Part shown: piece by piece, positions 1 to 13,770 of the stretch
Position numbering within the stretch: position 1 is the stretch's first letter
Layout of the letters: every line of letters starts with the position of its first letter
Assembly: GCF_964204645.1 (NCBI RefSeq)
Contig: NC_134028.1
Span: forward strand, 2,356,001-2,420,000
Direction of reading: 5' to 3'
From: Tubulanus polymorphus
Lineage: Eukaryota; Animalia; Nemertea
DNA length: 64,000 nucleotides
Position numbers and translations under genes: made by a program
The notes under the pieces: generated by a model
What the model saw: only the letters and a program-made list of their open reading frames with translations
What the model was told of the DNA's origin: nothing
Databases searched by the model: none

Positions 1-157
1 TTTATACCAGTATGGCTGTAGTGGCGATTTATACCAGAATGGCTGTAGTGGGCAGTTTATACCAGTATGGCTGTAGTGGCAATTTATACCAGAATGGCTG
101 TAGTGGGCAGTTTATACCAGTATGGCTGTAGTGGGCAGTTTATACCAGAATGGCTGT
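1..157. repeat. 27-28 bp tandem repeat (TTTATACCAGWATGGCTGTAGTGGGCAG), truncated by the window start
   Basis: About 5.7 visible units alternating GTATGG and GAATGG. Confidence 0.95.
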
Positions 158-412
158 TGACGTCTTGGGGCTAATTCTACAATTACCATTTATCTTGGAG
201 GTTCTTGCGCACGTGGCGGTGACTTAATGGCCAACTATATCATCATTGTCGGAAGTATTATTGCGTCCCTGAGGTGTTATAAAGAGCTGAAGCAGCAATT
301 ATTTGTGAGAAATTTACTTTGTGGCCGCGTCCGAGGTCAGCGAAACTTGCTCGGGTTAGCATGAATCTGTGTTCTGGTTTTTGCGCATGTATCAAATATC
401 CCTTTCTCAGTG

Positions 413-603
413 ACGGATCTAGGGTCTGATTCAGGGACGGGTGCAAACCCAAAATAGGGCATATCATATAATTAAAAGGGCAAGGGAAACATTAACTCTT
501 TCTTTGAGATAGGGAAAAAAGCTTATGAACTGTTTAAGATATCAGTGTAAAAATTTCAGGGCAAATTGATATATTTGCGGGTGCAACTTCCCTTTGGATC
601 GGC
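413..603. mobile_element. Dispersed MITE-like repeat (GGATCTAG-terminus family), copy 1
   Basis: TCTAGGGTCTGATTCAGGGA..CCCAAAATAGGGCATATC matches the reverse complement of 16881-16930; the other ends also match. Confidence 0.65.
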
Positions 604-698
604 TTCAGCTTCCTCTATAGTGGGTGACTCTGGATGGAGTTGAATTTTGATGCCATAAGAACTGTTAAAACAATGTGATTGTATGTTGATTGGCCGGA

Positions 699-785
699 GG
701 GGGGGGGATAGTATATGGTTAGAGGGGGGTTAGTGTATGAGTAGAGGGGGTTAGTGTATGAGTAGAGGGGGGATAGTGTATGAGT
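699..785. repeat. ~21-22 bp G-rich tandem repeat (AGAGGGGGTTAGTGTATGAGT)
   Basis: About 4 imperfect units. Confidence 0.85.
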
Positions 786-918
786 CAATGTGCACTAGGT
801 CATCATGGCTAGACTGGTTTTTGGTCATTCTATTCAACTGTCCACAAACTCAAATTCAAAATAACTTTATTGATCCTTGATGTATCACATTATGTTGTTG
901 ATTGTCAACATTATTAAG

Positions 919-920
<2 letters not shown>

Positions 921-974
<54 letters not shown>
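921..974. repeat. (TA)n microsatellite
   Basis: Direct read. Confidence 0.98.
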
Positions 975-976
<2 letters not shown>

Positions 977-2568
977 ATAAACTGTAGAAATCAGCCACAA
1001 GGGAGTTTCTATTTGCAATTGCACCCATTTCACCGCGCGACAAGTACTTTCACATCTAAAAAACTCCAGGCATTGTGCAATTCTATCTTCATCAGAGAGA
1101 GAGAGCATGAATAATGAATGTTGTGATTCAATATAGAATTAAAAATTGCAGATTCAGTTACGAAGCTGTCAACAAGAAACAAAAAACCTATCATGAAAGT
1201 TTATTGACACCTGGAAAAAATATCACACACATGTATATTGTGTGATATTGTCGACAATGATATATAGATGATGTTAAATAAGAAATATGTTTATTACAAA
1301 TACCAAAATTCACAAATGTAATTGTTATTTTGAAACACCGATATTGATGACGTTTTACATACACATCGACTCAAACAGAACCCATTACATAACGCTATGT
1401 ATCAATGTATATAAACATTATTGTAACGGTTGGCATCAAAAATCAGCAGTTTTCACATTTGGTAGATAGGCCCTGAGAAGAATCAGCGATATTTTGTCGA
1501 TCCGATCTCCATCGGTCAGCACGTTTATTACTATGCGGTTCACGCGGAAAAAACACATTGTTTACGGATCGATTTGAGTTGCGTTTCCTGTCTGCGCGTC
1601 GTTCTGTCGTCATCATCGCGGTCCCTCGATAAAACACCTTTCATCCATCAATATTAGCGAGAGACACGACAGAGATTAAGGTCAACTCTCGGCCACGATA
1701 CCGTCAGTTGATAAATCGTGTTGTTTTTCTTCCCCAAGCGCCCGAACCAGAGATGATCTCGCTGAACCACTGCGAAACACAGGTGATAATTATGAAACTC
1801 AGTATCGGCACCAAACAGTAATCAGCTTAATCTTAATGAAAACTCTTTATCTTTGTTCGGTAAACGAGTCTTATATTACAAATGAAGAAATCATTCCCCT
1901 GGTCTGAAAAAATACCATTTCAGAGGCTTAACTAGGTGCTTTGATGAACATTTACTGATAGTACGCTGAACAGTAAACATGTCTCGATGTTACTGATTTT
2001 CGATTGCCTCAGGTGTTCGATGCTGAAAGTTTCTAAATTTAAATGATTCAAATGAAACTTGTTTCGTCAATCAATATGAGAAAAAAATATATTTAAGAAT
2101 AAAATGTTATATGTAATGAAAAAACGATGATTTTTTAAAACATTACCTATATTTAGGTATGTGTGATAGATGTAGGGTTGAGTGGTACATCAATACTGTT
2201 AATAAATATAGAAACCTACGCGTAATTATTGATGAGACTTCGTATCGAGTTGATTGACAGCTATAGTCAACCTACTATTTCCATATGCATTATTATCATT
2301 ATGTTTTTCAGTAAGGCATGTTTGTCTGATGTGCAATAAGTAGTATCAATACTACTTGATATTGACATCTGTGTTTTTGTCGTATCGAAAAACACTTTCT
2401 ACAAATTATTTTTACCGAAGTCCATTCAGTGATTGTTTACGCGAGCATCTGCTGTTTTTATCGAATTCAGAATCATGAATCGGTTTTTCTGGCGCGCGTG
2501 GTGTTGTTGTTTTTCTAAATAGAATTGAATCGTATATTCACCTTTATGATTGAATTTTTAGACACAAA

Positions 2569-2677
2569 TTTTGGACTCTCTTTCAAAAGTGAAAGACCGA
2601 TGTTAGGTACGTGACGCCTCATTGTCAGGTGTGACGCCTGACAATGGTCTCTAGAGAAAGTCCGAAACGTTGAGTCT
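2569..2677 (+). mobile_element. Degenerate hammerhead-like repeat with inverted copy (second Penelope-type family)
   Basis: GACGC-CUGACAA-U-GGUCU...AGUCC-GAAA-CGUU-GAGUC (core G8 mutated); palindrome CATTGTCAGG-N7-CCTGACAATG; diverged inverted copy at ~2569-2607. Confidence 0.45.
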
Positions 2678-5600
2678 CTTATTTTTGATTCTTGTGGAAT
2701 AAATTTTGCTTTTAACCTTTTAAATTTTGAATAGTGGGTTTTAAACTAATCATTTTCAATGAATTATTATGCGTGAATTTTAGTTCATTTTCAATTAAAC
2801 CAACATTTTATGCAAAGAATTGTGGTGAATACTACTGCAAAGTTGGATATTAGGTCTGAAATTCAATTTTCTAGGGTACCCAAGCTGTTCGCCATTCTCA
2901 GCATCTTAACGCGATATTCTCTGTATTTCGCACCTTTTTAATTTACTCATTGACCCGGTATAGTACTCATAGTACTCATAGTTCACACCTCTCGCCACCC
3001 GAGGCTTCACTAACCAGGACGGCACAATTAGTCTACACTCTGTGATCCTATTCAAATTCGACGATGTGCTCGTTTTCTTTTCACAAAAACATTTGACGCT
3101 CGACGCGAACGAACCCGTCGAGAAAAACAAGCGGTACTCCTCGCTCCTCCTCGCTCGGGTTGAATGAGTTAGACGAACTCGATGAACCAGCCCTCATCAT
3201 CGTAATAATTACGAAGCAAATAATCATGCAAGTCAGTCGCCATATTTATTTAGCAGTTCGCGCCGTTCGTTCGTTCGGTATTATCAATCCATTGAACGAG
3301 AAATAAAAAAAGAAAGCCAAACATCACCTTCCCATCGTACGCACCAGCGCGCGATAGTTTATCATATCGTTCATATCTTTACAGAATCGAATCATCCAGA
3401 AAATCGGAAATTGCCAATGAATAGCGGGCGTGGTAAGATCGGCGAAAAACGCTTTCTCGAGAGATTTATTCTGAAATAGTCGATGAAATATTTTTCGTCG
3501 TCGTCATTATTTGCGAGTGAATTCGTTCATCGTCGACTAATTTTAGATTTCTCCTGCGATTTCGAATCATGTTTTTTCGCGCTCTTTCGTTTTGTTTGCG
3601 TGCGTTTATTCGTTTCGTCGACTCGTCGGATCGAGCTCCGTGAATAGCGAGCGTCTGATCCGATTTACGATTCGCACGCGGAAATAGAATCGTCACGTTT
3701 AAGACTTTTTGAAAAACGCACTCGAATAATCTCGAGAAAATATTCGTACCGTAAAATCTTGACATAATTCGCGAAGATCTCACACGAAGAAAACCGTGGC
3801 AGACACAACCCCGGCGGCGGATCAAACAAAGCCTCGCGACGACGACTACGACGAACGTTTCGCAAAACCAAAAATATAACATCGTTTTCTTTCTCGAAAA
3901 AGATCTAAAAAGAAGAAAAACGTTCAAAGTTTGCGTCGAAAGATACGGCGATGATCTTCTTAGATTTATTATAGCGATTTTCTTAGATGTTTAACTGGCG
4001 GCAAGTCGACTAATGCTTTAGGGGGAGAATCCGATGAAAGCGTGTGCACACCATTAGACACTAGTTCTCGGTTAAAACCATAATACATAAGGGTGTTTTC
4101 TATTGCTTCCCCATATCGTAATCTGTTTGATGACGACGGCGGTTTCGCAGACAGTGGCGACGCGCGATTTATTGCGAATTTATTCGTCACGCAATCTGTC
4201 GGCTTCCCAGCTTTTTTATCGAATTTCAGTATGTTTCAAATTATAAATTTACGATAAACCGAACGTATGTCGGACGATGACTTTCCCCGAGTGTCTTCGT
4301 ATTAATGTCATTCGTAGTTTGTTCTATTAGCGACGAATGCTCAAAATTTCAAACGATAGGAAATAATTCTAATCCCCACAAGAGAAGCAAAATAGCTCGA
4401 ATGGCTCCTCACAACACTGTGTTTGTCTTCATTGTTAGGTCAAACCGAGTACAATTTTCATGATATAACATATGAAACATGTTTGAATTACCGTTTCTGC
4501 ATTCATATTCTGTGCAAGTATTTTACATAGATAAATATGATAAAAATGATAATTTTCTCTGTTTCAATGTCATTATCATCAGCTGATTAATTTTCATTAT
4601 ACGTGGGCGTTCATCGCCTATTTCATAGATGTCAGTGGTGTATCTATGTGTGTGTGTGTATGTAGGCTTATAAGCGCAAATAGGGGAAATAACAGAATGG
4701 TGACTGTCATGTTAAAAAGATTCTAGGCAAGCCATAAAAAAGCCATTAGGATGTCTTTGTCAGCATTCATTTTTTAGACAAAGAGAATTATGATAGACTT
4801 TTAACACATTTAACCTGTTAAAGAGGTCTAGGTTGTGAGGTCTAGGTTGCTGCAAGTCTCGTTAAATTCATTTTTAAACCGAAAGGATTTTTATGATAAA
4901 AAACATATAAAAATGGTATTTACTACACGGCCTTTATGGCTCGGAAGTAAGCAGTCCCAGGGGCTTAGTAAATGATTATACAGTGTCCTCCAAAAAAGCA
5001 TTTATGGGTCAGCGACGTAATTACGATATAGCTGATTATGAAAGCCATCTTATTATTACTGAGATCTTGTTTCATGTTGCTGTAATGATAGAACGAGTGT
5101 CAATAAAATAGAAACAAACATAATATGAAAGTGTGCTAAAAATTGTCTTGATTGAAAGACGAATAATGCGAGAAATAATCGCCGATTTGAGTCAATAGCT
5201 AACGAGTTAATGAGGCCAGTAAAGACGAGAATCATTACTAATACATTCGTGATCAGTTAAATCTAATGTGCTTTAAAACAACTCATGATTTGATGACTTA
5301 TTTGCACTGCTAAGCAACGGCAATAAATCTGACTTTATCTGAATCTGAAAGTGTGTAATGATAATACTCGCGAACGCCCCTCCCATTTAGGTCTTAGTGC
5401 CCGTTTTGAAATAATGACTTTTTTAAAATAATATTTTTTCTACCTCATAAATCAAGCAGTCTACTTCAAACCTCATTCACGTAGATGTCGCCCCGGGATT
5501 TAGCAGTCTTTTCTTTTCATCTAACGGCATTGTGTGCAAGAATCTAGTGCATTTCAAAGAAATCCAATGCCTCCTTGAAAACCCGTGGGGGACGCCCATG

Positions 5601-5913
5601 TAGCATATTCTTTATTTATCCGGTAAGACAGTTTGATAATCAAAGAAACCGGAACGTTTTTGTCTCAACGATCGGAAGAATTGTCACGCGTATGAAAAAT
5701 AATCATTTTCTATATTGTTTTCTGTTTACTATGAACATTATCCGTATCATAAACCTGATCTTTTTCTGACACGTTTTCATCGAGGCACTTGTTGCATTCT
5801 CGTTATCTCGCTAGAAGGTGCACGGCTAAACTAATCAAATATAAAACAGAACACATCTGAAAAGATGAGAGAGATAGGCTTTGACAGAATCGAAGTTTTT
5901 TATCCAAGGCATC

Positions 5914-6219
5914 AAGCTCCGTCTACACTAGCTCGCTGAACCTAAAAAGCCGTGTTGTCAGTAAGTATAGTCTACACTGAACTCAGCTTCGGTCGATTGA
6001 ATCCACATCCGTACATCAAATCAAGTTCAAGGTCAATTGTGGAACTCGAACAATAGAAAAGATGCCGAGTCTGACCCGAATTCGGGTTTCATGCGAGTTA
6101 GCTCTTGTTTTTCAAGAAGGGTTTCTAAAATGCAGGTATACAGTAAACTCTGCATTGAGCCTGTCTGTCATAGTGTAGACATGTAGCCCGGGTCTAAGAA
6201 GCAAGTGTAGACGAGGCTT
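5914..6219. mobile_element. MITE with GTCTACACT-containing TIRs
   Basis: AAGCTCCGTCTACACT ... AGTGTAGACGAGGCTT, plus internal GTCTACACT / AGTGTAGAC subrepeats. Confidence 0.6.
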
Positions 6220-6229
6220 ACGTTGATTT

Positions 6230-6465
6230 TTCCGTAACTAGATTTGATTCCGTAACTAGATTTGATTGACAAACCGTCAATCCCATGAGTGAAGAAAAGG
6301 TTGCAATTTTATGCACCGAGTAACTGGAAAGAATTTAAAAACGATGCGAGATAAACCACACGCTATGTAGGTAAATCCTTTCAAATACCAGGATTTACCT
6401 ATTTAACGTATGACATGGGTTGAAAGATAAACCACAGACTAAATAGGTAAATCCTTTCAAATAAG
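6230..6465. repeat. Local duplications: 18-bp tandem TCCGTAACTAGATTTGAT x2 and a ~39-bp spaced repeat AGATAAACCACA...TAGGTAAATCCTTTCAAATA x2
   Basis: Direct read. Confidence 0.8.
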
Positions 6466-9225
6466 CAGCAGAGATTAACCTGATATATGAAATATGCAAT
6501 ATCTCATAACCTTTTATACGTTTCATAATTTTTGGCTCCCAGATTGTTTTTTTTTTTTGCTGGGGGATTTACCTAGATAGATTAATCATAATTATAAACC
6601 ATGTACGCCGATGGCTGACTGCATTTTGAGATTATCTGTTTATGTAATGGTGAAAATTGTTGAAAGTTTCGTTGGAAACGTGACGAAAAAACGTAATTGG
6701 GTTTGATAACCTATTGCGTAAGGATCTTTCTGATTGGTGGAAAACATCTAATGAAAATTTAGCTCATTTAAAAACGCATGAAGTAATTGATATTTATGGG
6801 TTCATTAATCGAATGATTTCATATTTTTATCTATGTTACATTGTTATGCGGTTACCGGTGTGTGTAGGGTTGTTTATTCCGCGGGTCAAGGTCATTCCGA
6901 ACTGATAATTATAGTCACCCAGAGACGATGTACTGAATATTTGTATATTTCTTTTATCATTTGATGTTATTATTATTGCTTTACTTTCTTTTACTAATTT
7001 CATATTTCATTTATCTTTATTCTTGATGATTCCAATACAGCGCAGCACACACCAGTCGTGTCCAGGGGCAGATCTTGCCTGCATTGTTGAGTACTGCTTA
7101 GATTTCATTTCTGTTCTTGGACGACCGTGAGGTGCGAATTACTCGAGAGCGATTTCATCTTCGTCGTCCTTCTCCCCGGTAAACTTTGTAAATTAGCACG
7201 CGCATAGAAGCATTCTGTCACTTAATCTGACATTCATTTTGTGATTGAAATAACCGATATATCAAAGAAAAGCTTAACCAGAATGAAACGAAAAATACTA
7301 AAAAATAATGTAGGCTGAATTTTTTTCTTAGTACTGCTGAAGCAGATTTAGATCTTACCCTCGGTGTTAATTTATAGGACTAGTTTCACCGTGAGCCTGG
7401 TGAGGATACATTTTAGTCATATATATATCCTTAAAAATCTGACTTGAGACTTCGGCCATATTTCAAGACACAAAAAAATGAAAAAATTTCCATGAAAATG
7501 AATGATCTTTCATCGAATTCTACAGAAGTTTGATAACTACAAAAAAAAACAAGGTATGCATTCATTATGTTTTGTATGATGGAAATTCTTAGTTTAAACC
7601 TCATGGTATAAACGTAGTAGGCGTCTAAGATTCCCGAGCTGGCTATGTAAATATTGAGTGGGAAATTGAGATAGGGGCTTACCATATCGGAGTTATATAC
7701 TTTTTAATCTTGATCGAACGAACAACGCGATTTTTATGACAGGAGTAACGATGCTTTGATGATACGACGATGAAAGAACGCGTAGAAAGGTTGGTTGTTT
7801 CGGTGAAATGTTTATAGTTTTTGATGATGTGAGTTTGTAAACGGTTTATTATTGGCGTCATATGCGAATTTAATACATTCGTTGTCGTAGTATAGTCTTT
7901 CTATTGAGTAAATGTACTGTCATTCGGTGCAGTCTTAATTGAACAATTTTTATGACATTGTTTTTATCATAGACATTGGTTACCGAGTACACGCGGCGCG
8001 CTGTACTTACAATCATTGCGCTGTGCTCGAAGGTGTGTGCTCGCAGACCCCGAGTATCTTTAACCTTGAGTCATTTATTTTCGGAAAGCTATATCCTATC
8101 GATATAACCAAGGAGTCCATGATATGACAATCGATAAGAGCACGTAACAGTTTTAAGGGTGGTGAAAATATCATCGCTATCTGCTGATTTCGGCCGTAGA
8201 AAAAAATCATTTCGTTTTTTATATTACGAATGTTTCATTCGAGAAGCAACTGAAGTTACCTTTCGCAAGTGCATTATTTTAGAAATTAATTCCATCATCG
8301 TTCTTAGCAGTCTCTGCGATTAGGAAGCAGGCATCGAACTTAATGGCTGTTTTTAAACCGTGCTGGTTTCGACTGGAGCAACCGGGCATTTATCGGAAAA
8401 CAGCTTATCGTGCAATAAACCGAAGCCGAGCGCCCCAACGACTGAAATTGTTATTTTTTTCGCTCAGATAATCGTTTCTTTAATGGCGTATAAAAACTTG
8501 CTTCGCCAGACTAGGAAATGTATGTAATTAGGTTGACGTTATCATTAATGGGCGCTCTGTTGTATGACGTTTACATTTATCTCCTCTAGTCTATCCTCTC
8601 TGATCTTTCGTAGCTATTTTCGAAATGCGCCGTTTATTAAATCGAAACGATCTGTCTTCGACCGGAGCGACCTGATTTATTCGTTCATTTGAAGCGCGGG
8701 GTTTTATTGAAATAAACATGAAAAGAACCATTCAGAAAATCCATACTAAGCGTCTATGTATACAGTACACTAGAAGGATGTGGAATCATTTCTTGCGTCA
8801 TGAATCTTTCATTGACCGCTGACTCTTCCGTTCACTCATAACATTTTATCACTAATAATTAAATGGGCGCAAAACGTCCAGAACGATCATTTGACATATC
8901 TGAACTATCATTGAAATGAACGTTCATTGCCTTTGTCAAGCGAGTAAGCACCACTACTTTCTATATGAGTTTCCGTCCACTGAGAAGGGAGAAGTTTTCT
9001 TCAAGAACTTCCATTGCTAATTTTTCCATCACTGCTTGAACTAACAAATTTATTTGTACGTACGTTTAAAACTACTAGATTAATGGTCTGACGATAAACT
9101 ATATAATAGCCCCCAACAATCTGAAATCATAATCAGGGTACCTCAGCTTCTCTCAGTTATTTTGTATTCGGTGAGTGATGTATTTCGCTTATCGTTTATT
9201 GTCTGTTACGGTAAAAAGATCGCGC

Positions 9226-9469
9226 CGACCTTGACCTTGACCTCCATGAAATTTATCGGTTGGCTTTTTTCGCCTACAGCACTGTACGGTACGTCGCTGC
9301 TGCTGCTGCTGCTGCGTGCATGATTAGATTTTCTCGGTGACCTACTTTTTTGAAAAAGTTTCATCGGCATGAATAAATGAAGTTAGGTCACCCAACGTCT
9401 TTATGAGCGGCGGCGGCTGGTTAGGGTGAGTCATCGCCGGAGTGAGGGGAGAGAGAGAAACGTGACTCA
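9226..9469. promoter_or_regulatory. Cluster of nuclear-receptor response elements and AP-1 sites
   Basis: CGACCT-TGACCT-TGACCT (9226-9243), RORE AAAGTAGGTCA on the - strand (9338-9348), AAGTTAGGTCA (9380-9390), TGAGTCA (9427) and TGACTCA (9463). Confidence 0.5.
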
Positions 9470-10424
9470 CGGGGTTGAGAAAAAACCGGCACCATTAGAC
9501 ACGATGATACAGCCATACTTGTCAAACACATACCAGACTCGGTGTGATTATATCATCTCTCCGATTAACGTATGCGCGTTTTTTAACGGATGAACATTCG
9601 GCAAATACAAACGTTTCTGGGTTAATCTTCGCAAATATACCTTCCACTTTCATTTATCATTATCGTTATCAGGGCGAAAACAAGTGTCAGTTCTTTATAA
9701 AAGCGGTTCGATCAATTCATTTCCACCACTTCTTCTTCGCGCCGTAGAAATCTCCTCGTGACTCGAGATATCTCGCACATCTGCATTCGTCGTTACTCTC
9801 GATCCGTTTCCACTCCGCGCCCCGCAGATTTTTAACGGATATTTCAGCAAAAAACGAAACACTCGCAGCCATTGTTCGCGCATCGATCAGGGACGTACTT
9901 GACGTATTCGTATAGAAATGTTTCGATAATGCCAGGTCTTTTTTTAGATATTCATAGCTCGGAAAGAGACCGACGATAGATTTATCAGGTGAAGTCGGTT
10001 CTGGCTTTATTATACGCGAAACTTTTCTATGCTTTTGTCTGAATAATGTCGGTCGATTTAATGGCATCGTTTTGCTTTAATTATCCGGCAGCAATTGATG
10101 ACAAAGACGAATGTTTGCCGGTAATTACCTTCGATAAGCTATTTATTATTTTCTAATCGTCAATAGTTACGGCGTCTAGTCAGTAAATGATGACGTGTAT
10201 AAATGATTGTCGGTTGTGTTTTTTAATAATCATAAATCAGAGACGTTGCTGCTGTTTAATTGATTTCAGTTCATTCTTATTCGGATAATAGTTGGATGAG
10301 GAGATATTTCGGTGAATGCCATCAAATGATCTTTCTAAAGCGAGAAATAGAAGTATAGAGCCAATCCCACACCCACATAACGAGAAAGATGGAGTCCGCA
10401 AAATTTTCCTTTCAAGCTGATGAG

Positions 10425-10552
10425 TTATTGATTCGAAGTAGATTTCAACCTAATATTCATCTTGCTCAGGAATATTTAGTAAACAACAAAAAACTCATTT
10501 TTGTTTACTCATTCCTGAGGAAGATGACTATTAGGTTATAGTCGAAATGTAC
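10425..10552. mobile_element. Inverted pair of degenerate Penelope-type hammerhead repeats (same family as 17921 and 60362)
   Basis: ATTCCTGAGGAAGATGACTATTAGGTTATAGTCGAAA (10511-10547) is the near reverse complement of 10443-10473. Confidence 0.5.
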
Positions 10553-11120
10553 GATGCTTAAAAAGGATTCCATCTTTCTCGTTTAAACTGCGTAGGATTC
10601 ACATAGCGTTTCATCAATGGTTTAGAAATTTTCAAATCAAAATCCATTCTAAATCCCGGCGCACATTGGGTTATAATCCTCATCGGTGATCAATATGGCA
10701 TTAGCATTGAGGAAATTTATCAATTTCAAACGTTGCTTAATCACAATTGAATACGGTCGATTTTTACCAACGGATTAGAATCGCACGCCGCAGTTTTTTC
10801 ATTATTTTGGTGATTGAATTCACTTTTCATTAAAAGCTAAGATATTAATCCGCGACAGTCTATTTATACCGGCGAAGTCATTAGTCAGGATTATACCGGA
10901 AAATCGGGATCAATTTTTTGTAAATCTAATGAAATATCGTTGATATCATATTCAGCAAATTATCAGACTCTGTTTCCAGGTCATAGAATTCAATAATGAT
11001 AATAATTTATTTCTTAAAAGCGCTTTACACTAACACCACTCACAATCTTCAATACTTGACTCGGGACTACTTCTAACTACACTACATCGATATCAATATC
11101 TACACATCAATATATCACAT

Positions 11121-11810
11121 CCCACCCTCAACCACTAGCTAGATCCCCCTCAACCACTAACTAGATCCCCCCTCAACCACTAACTAGATCCCCTCACCCA
11201 CTAGCGCTAGATCCCCTCAACCACTAGTTAGATCCCCTCAACCACTAGCTAGATCCCTCCTCAACCACTAGCTAGATCCCCTCAACCACTAGCTAGATCC
11301 CTCCTCAACCACTAGCTAGATCCCCTCAACCACTAGCTAGATCCCCCCTCAACCAATAGCTAGATCCCCCTCAACCACTAACTAGATCCCCTCACCCACT
11401 AGCGCTAGATCCCCTCAACCACTAGTTAGATCCCCTCAACCACTAGCTAGATCCCTCCTCAACCACTAGCTAGATCCCCTCAACCACTAGCTAGATCCCT
11501 CCTCAACCACTAGCTAGATCCCCTCAACCACTAGCTAGATCCCCCCTCAACCACTAGCTAGATCCCCCTCAACCACTAACTAGATCCCCCCTCAACCACT
11601 AACTAGATCCCCTCACCCACTAGCGCTAGATCCCCTCAACCACTAGTTAGATCCCCCTCAACCACTAGTTAGATCCCCCTCAACCACTAGCTAGATCCCC
11701 CTCAACCACTAGCTAGATCCCCCCCTCAACCACTAACTAGATCCCCCCTCAACCAATAGCTAGATCCCCGTAACCACTAGCTAGATCCCCCCTCAACCAT
11801 TAGCTAGCCA
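11121..11810. repeat. 21-24 bp minisatellite (CCCCTCAACCACTAGCTAGAT) with higher-order structure
   Basis: About 31 units; the variant CACCCACTAGCGCTAG recurs at ~11195, ~11393 and ~11614. Confidence 0.97.
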
Positions 11811-13628
11811 CTATTGCTATCCCCAACAAGTAAACATACTTGATTACCTACTCCTATCCCTGTAATAAATGGATGAAAGTGTTTCCAATCTTTATTTTTT
11901 ATTCAATGTTATATTGTGGACGGTGAATGAATAATGTAATCTATCTGGAATTGCAAAGAATTACATGTTTCAGCCAGACAACGTGGTGATAACCCAACTT
12001 CTCAGTAACTCATGTAGGTGAGTTTCAACTTTCATTTTCCCAGCTATTTTATCCTTCGCTTTTTCGCGAAAAAGAAAATGATAATTTCTTCTTCTATTTC
12101 TCGCTGTATGTTTTATGATATGGCGTGGTCGCTGAGCAGAAATACGAAATAGGTCGTCTTCTTCTTAGCCGCATCGATCGCGGCGTTTCTCAAGGTGAAA
12201 TCTGCGAAGGATGTCGAGGATTAAGCGTGGCTGGAGAGAATCGATCATATTAATCGGTTTCGCAATTGATCAAGACTTAAGCAGATGTTGCCCATTCTTT
12301 CTGTAATCCATATATGAAAAATGATATATCAACAGTTTCTTGTTTGTTTCACCATCGTCTGAAGTGATGATAACGTATAGATTTATCGGTGGTGGCCTGG
12401 TCATCTTCATTTCCTGTCGCAATGTCACTTGCTGTTAACTCTCTTCTCCTGTGTCGCTGTTCGGCGAGTAGAAAGATAAATTGGATCAAACGACTGCTCG
12501 GATTTCATTTGATTCTATCTCAACGAATCGGGAGACTTTTTCATTTTTGATCATCGGGGAAACATGAACTGAGAGAACATCAAATAAAATCTGCCAAAAA
12601 AAAGATGGGTAACCGATTTGCCTGGATGACAATGGGTATAACAGGACTGCTAGATGAGGCTTCTTGGATAAGTCAAGCGTGCATGAGAAAAACCTCAAAA
12701 CAAACAAAAAACACTGTGTTTAAGCATTTCAATATTTAGTTTTTGAAACATACGACTCTTAGTAATCAGATGACAGCAAAATAGCAAGTGATTCTGATCA
12801 GTTGCGATCCATTCATTGTCACTGCATCGGAAAGCACAGCAACAATGTTTCTTTTTTACAAAACTAGCATGTTGCAAGCAGCGGTTCGACAAACTGTGTT
12901 TCATGCGCGCTAGGCTCTACTTAGTTTTCCCCTGTTGATGCAAATTGATCCTTAGTGACTGGAGCATGGAGTGAAAAAGATAGCGAACTGATCAGGGTAT
13001 TTATTGCGCTCAAACCAAGAACCCAATGAGGGTAGGACCAATAGTATTCATGCATTTTTGGTCAGACAAGTAAGTCATTAACAAGTTTGACTACTGCACA
13101 GAGTGGTGAAAATTGCATGTTCAGCCGTATTATACTTTATTAGCTCTCCGGTTCAGATAAAGTAGATTTAAATCGAGCAGGTGTAGCTTTAATTGGATGA
13201 GAATTTATCGATTCTATCATATGATGATTAAATGACTAACATGTTAGGAGATTATAAGTGTTGTTGCTGACATTTTTGTCTGTCTGGGTTTTCATGATTC
13301 GCCGAGTTCTTTCGGCCGACGAGACGCGGCTTACCGGTGTCAACTCTTAGCCGACGGCGACGGCACAGGTACCGAGCAACATACCTAATTGGTTTATTCT
13401 TGGTTAAGAACGAAATTCGTCACTTGTGTCCGAGAAAAATGAAGCTGTCAGTTGGTCCTCGAAGTTATCTGACCTTTTCCTCCTTTGCCGATCCAGACAT
13501 CGTAGGATGTATACCTTCTAGTCAAGTACACGTGAAAACGGAAGTAACTGTCTTTTAGATCAAAACGTCTGTACTGACGCCATACACTTATGTATTGTAT
13601 CGATATCTTGATATATATGTTCGCAATA

Positions 13629-13633
<5 letters not shown>

Positions 13634-13725
<92 letters not shown>

Positions 13726-13770
13726 TGTATATATATATATCATGTATATATATATATCATACATATATAC
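13634..13770. repeat. (TA)n microsatellite with degenerate tail
   Basis: Direct read. Confidence 0.98.

Noticed and set aside
3466-4190. Minus-strand ORFs of 153, 68 and 73 aa
   Set aside because: No recognisable domain or splice structure; they fall in a CpG-rich, UTR-like block where stops are depleted.
4049-9502. Identical 13-mer CACCATTAGACAC at 4049 and 9490
   Set aside because: Many chance 13-mer pairs are expected in 64 kb of AT-rich DNA, and there is no flanking similarity.
1-11810. Tandem arrays as possible CRISPR arrays
   Set aside because: Units are head-to-tail with no unique spacers, there are no cas genes, and the context is eukaryotic.
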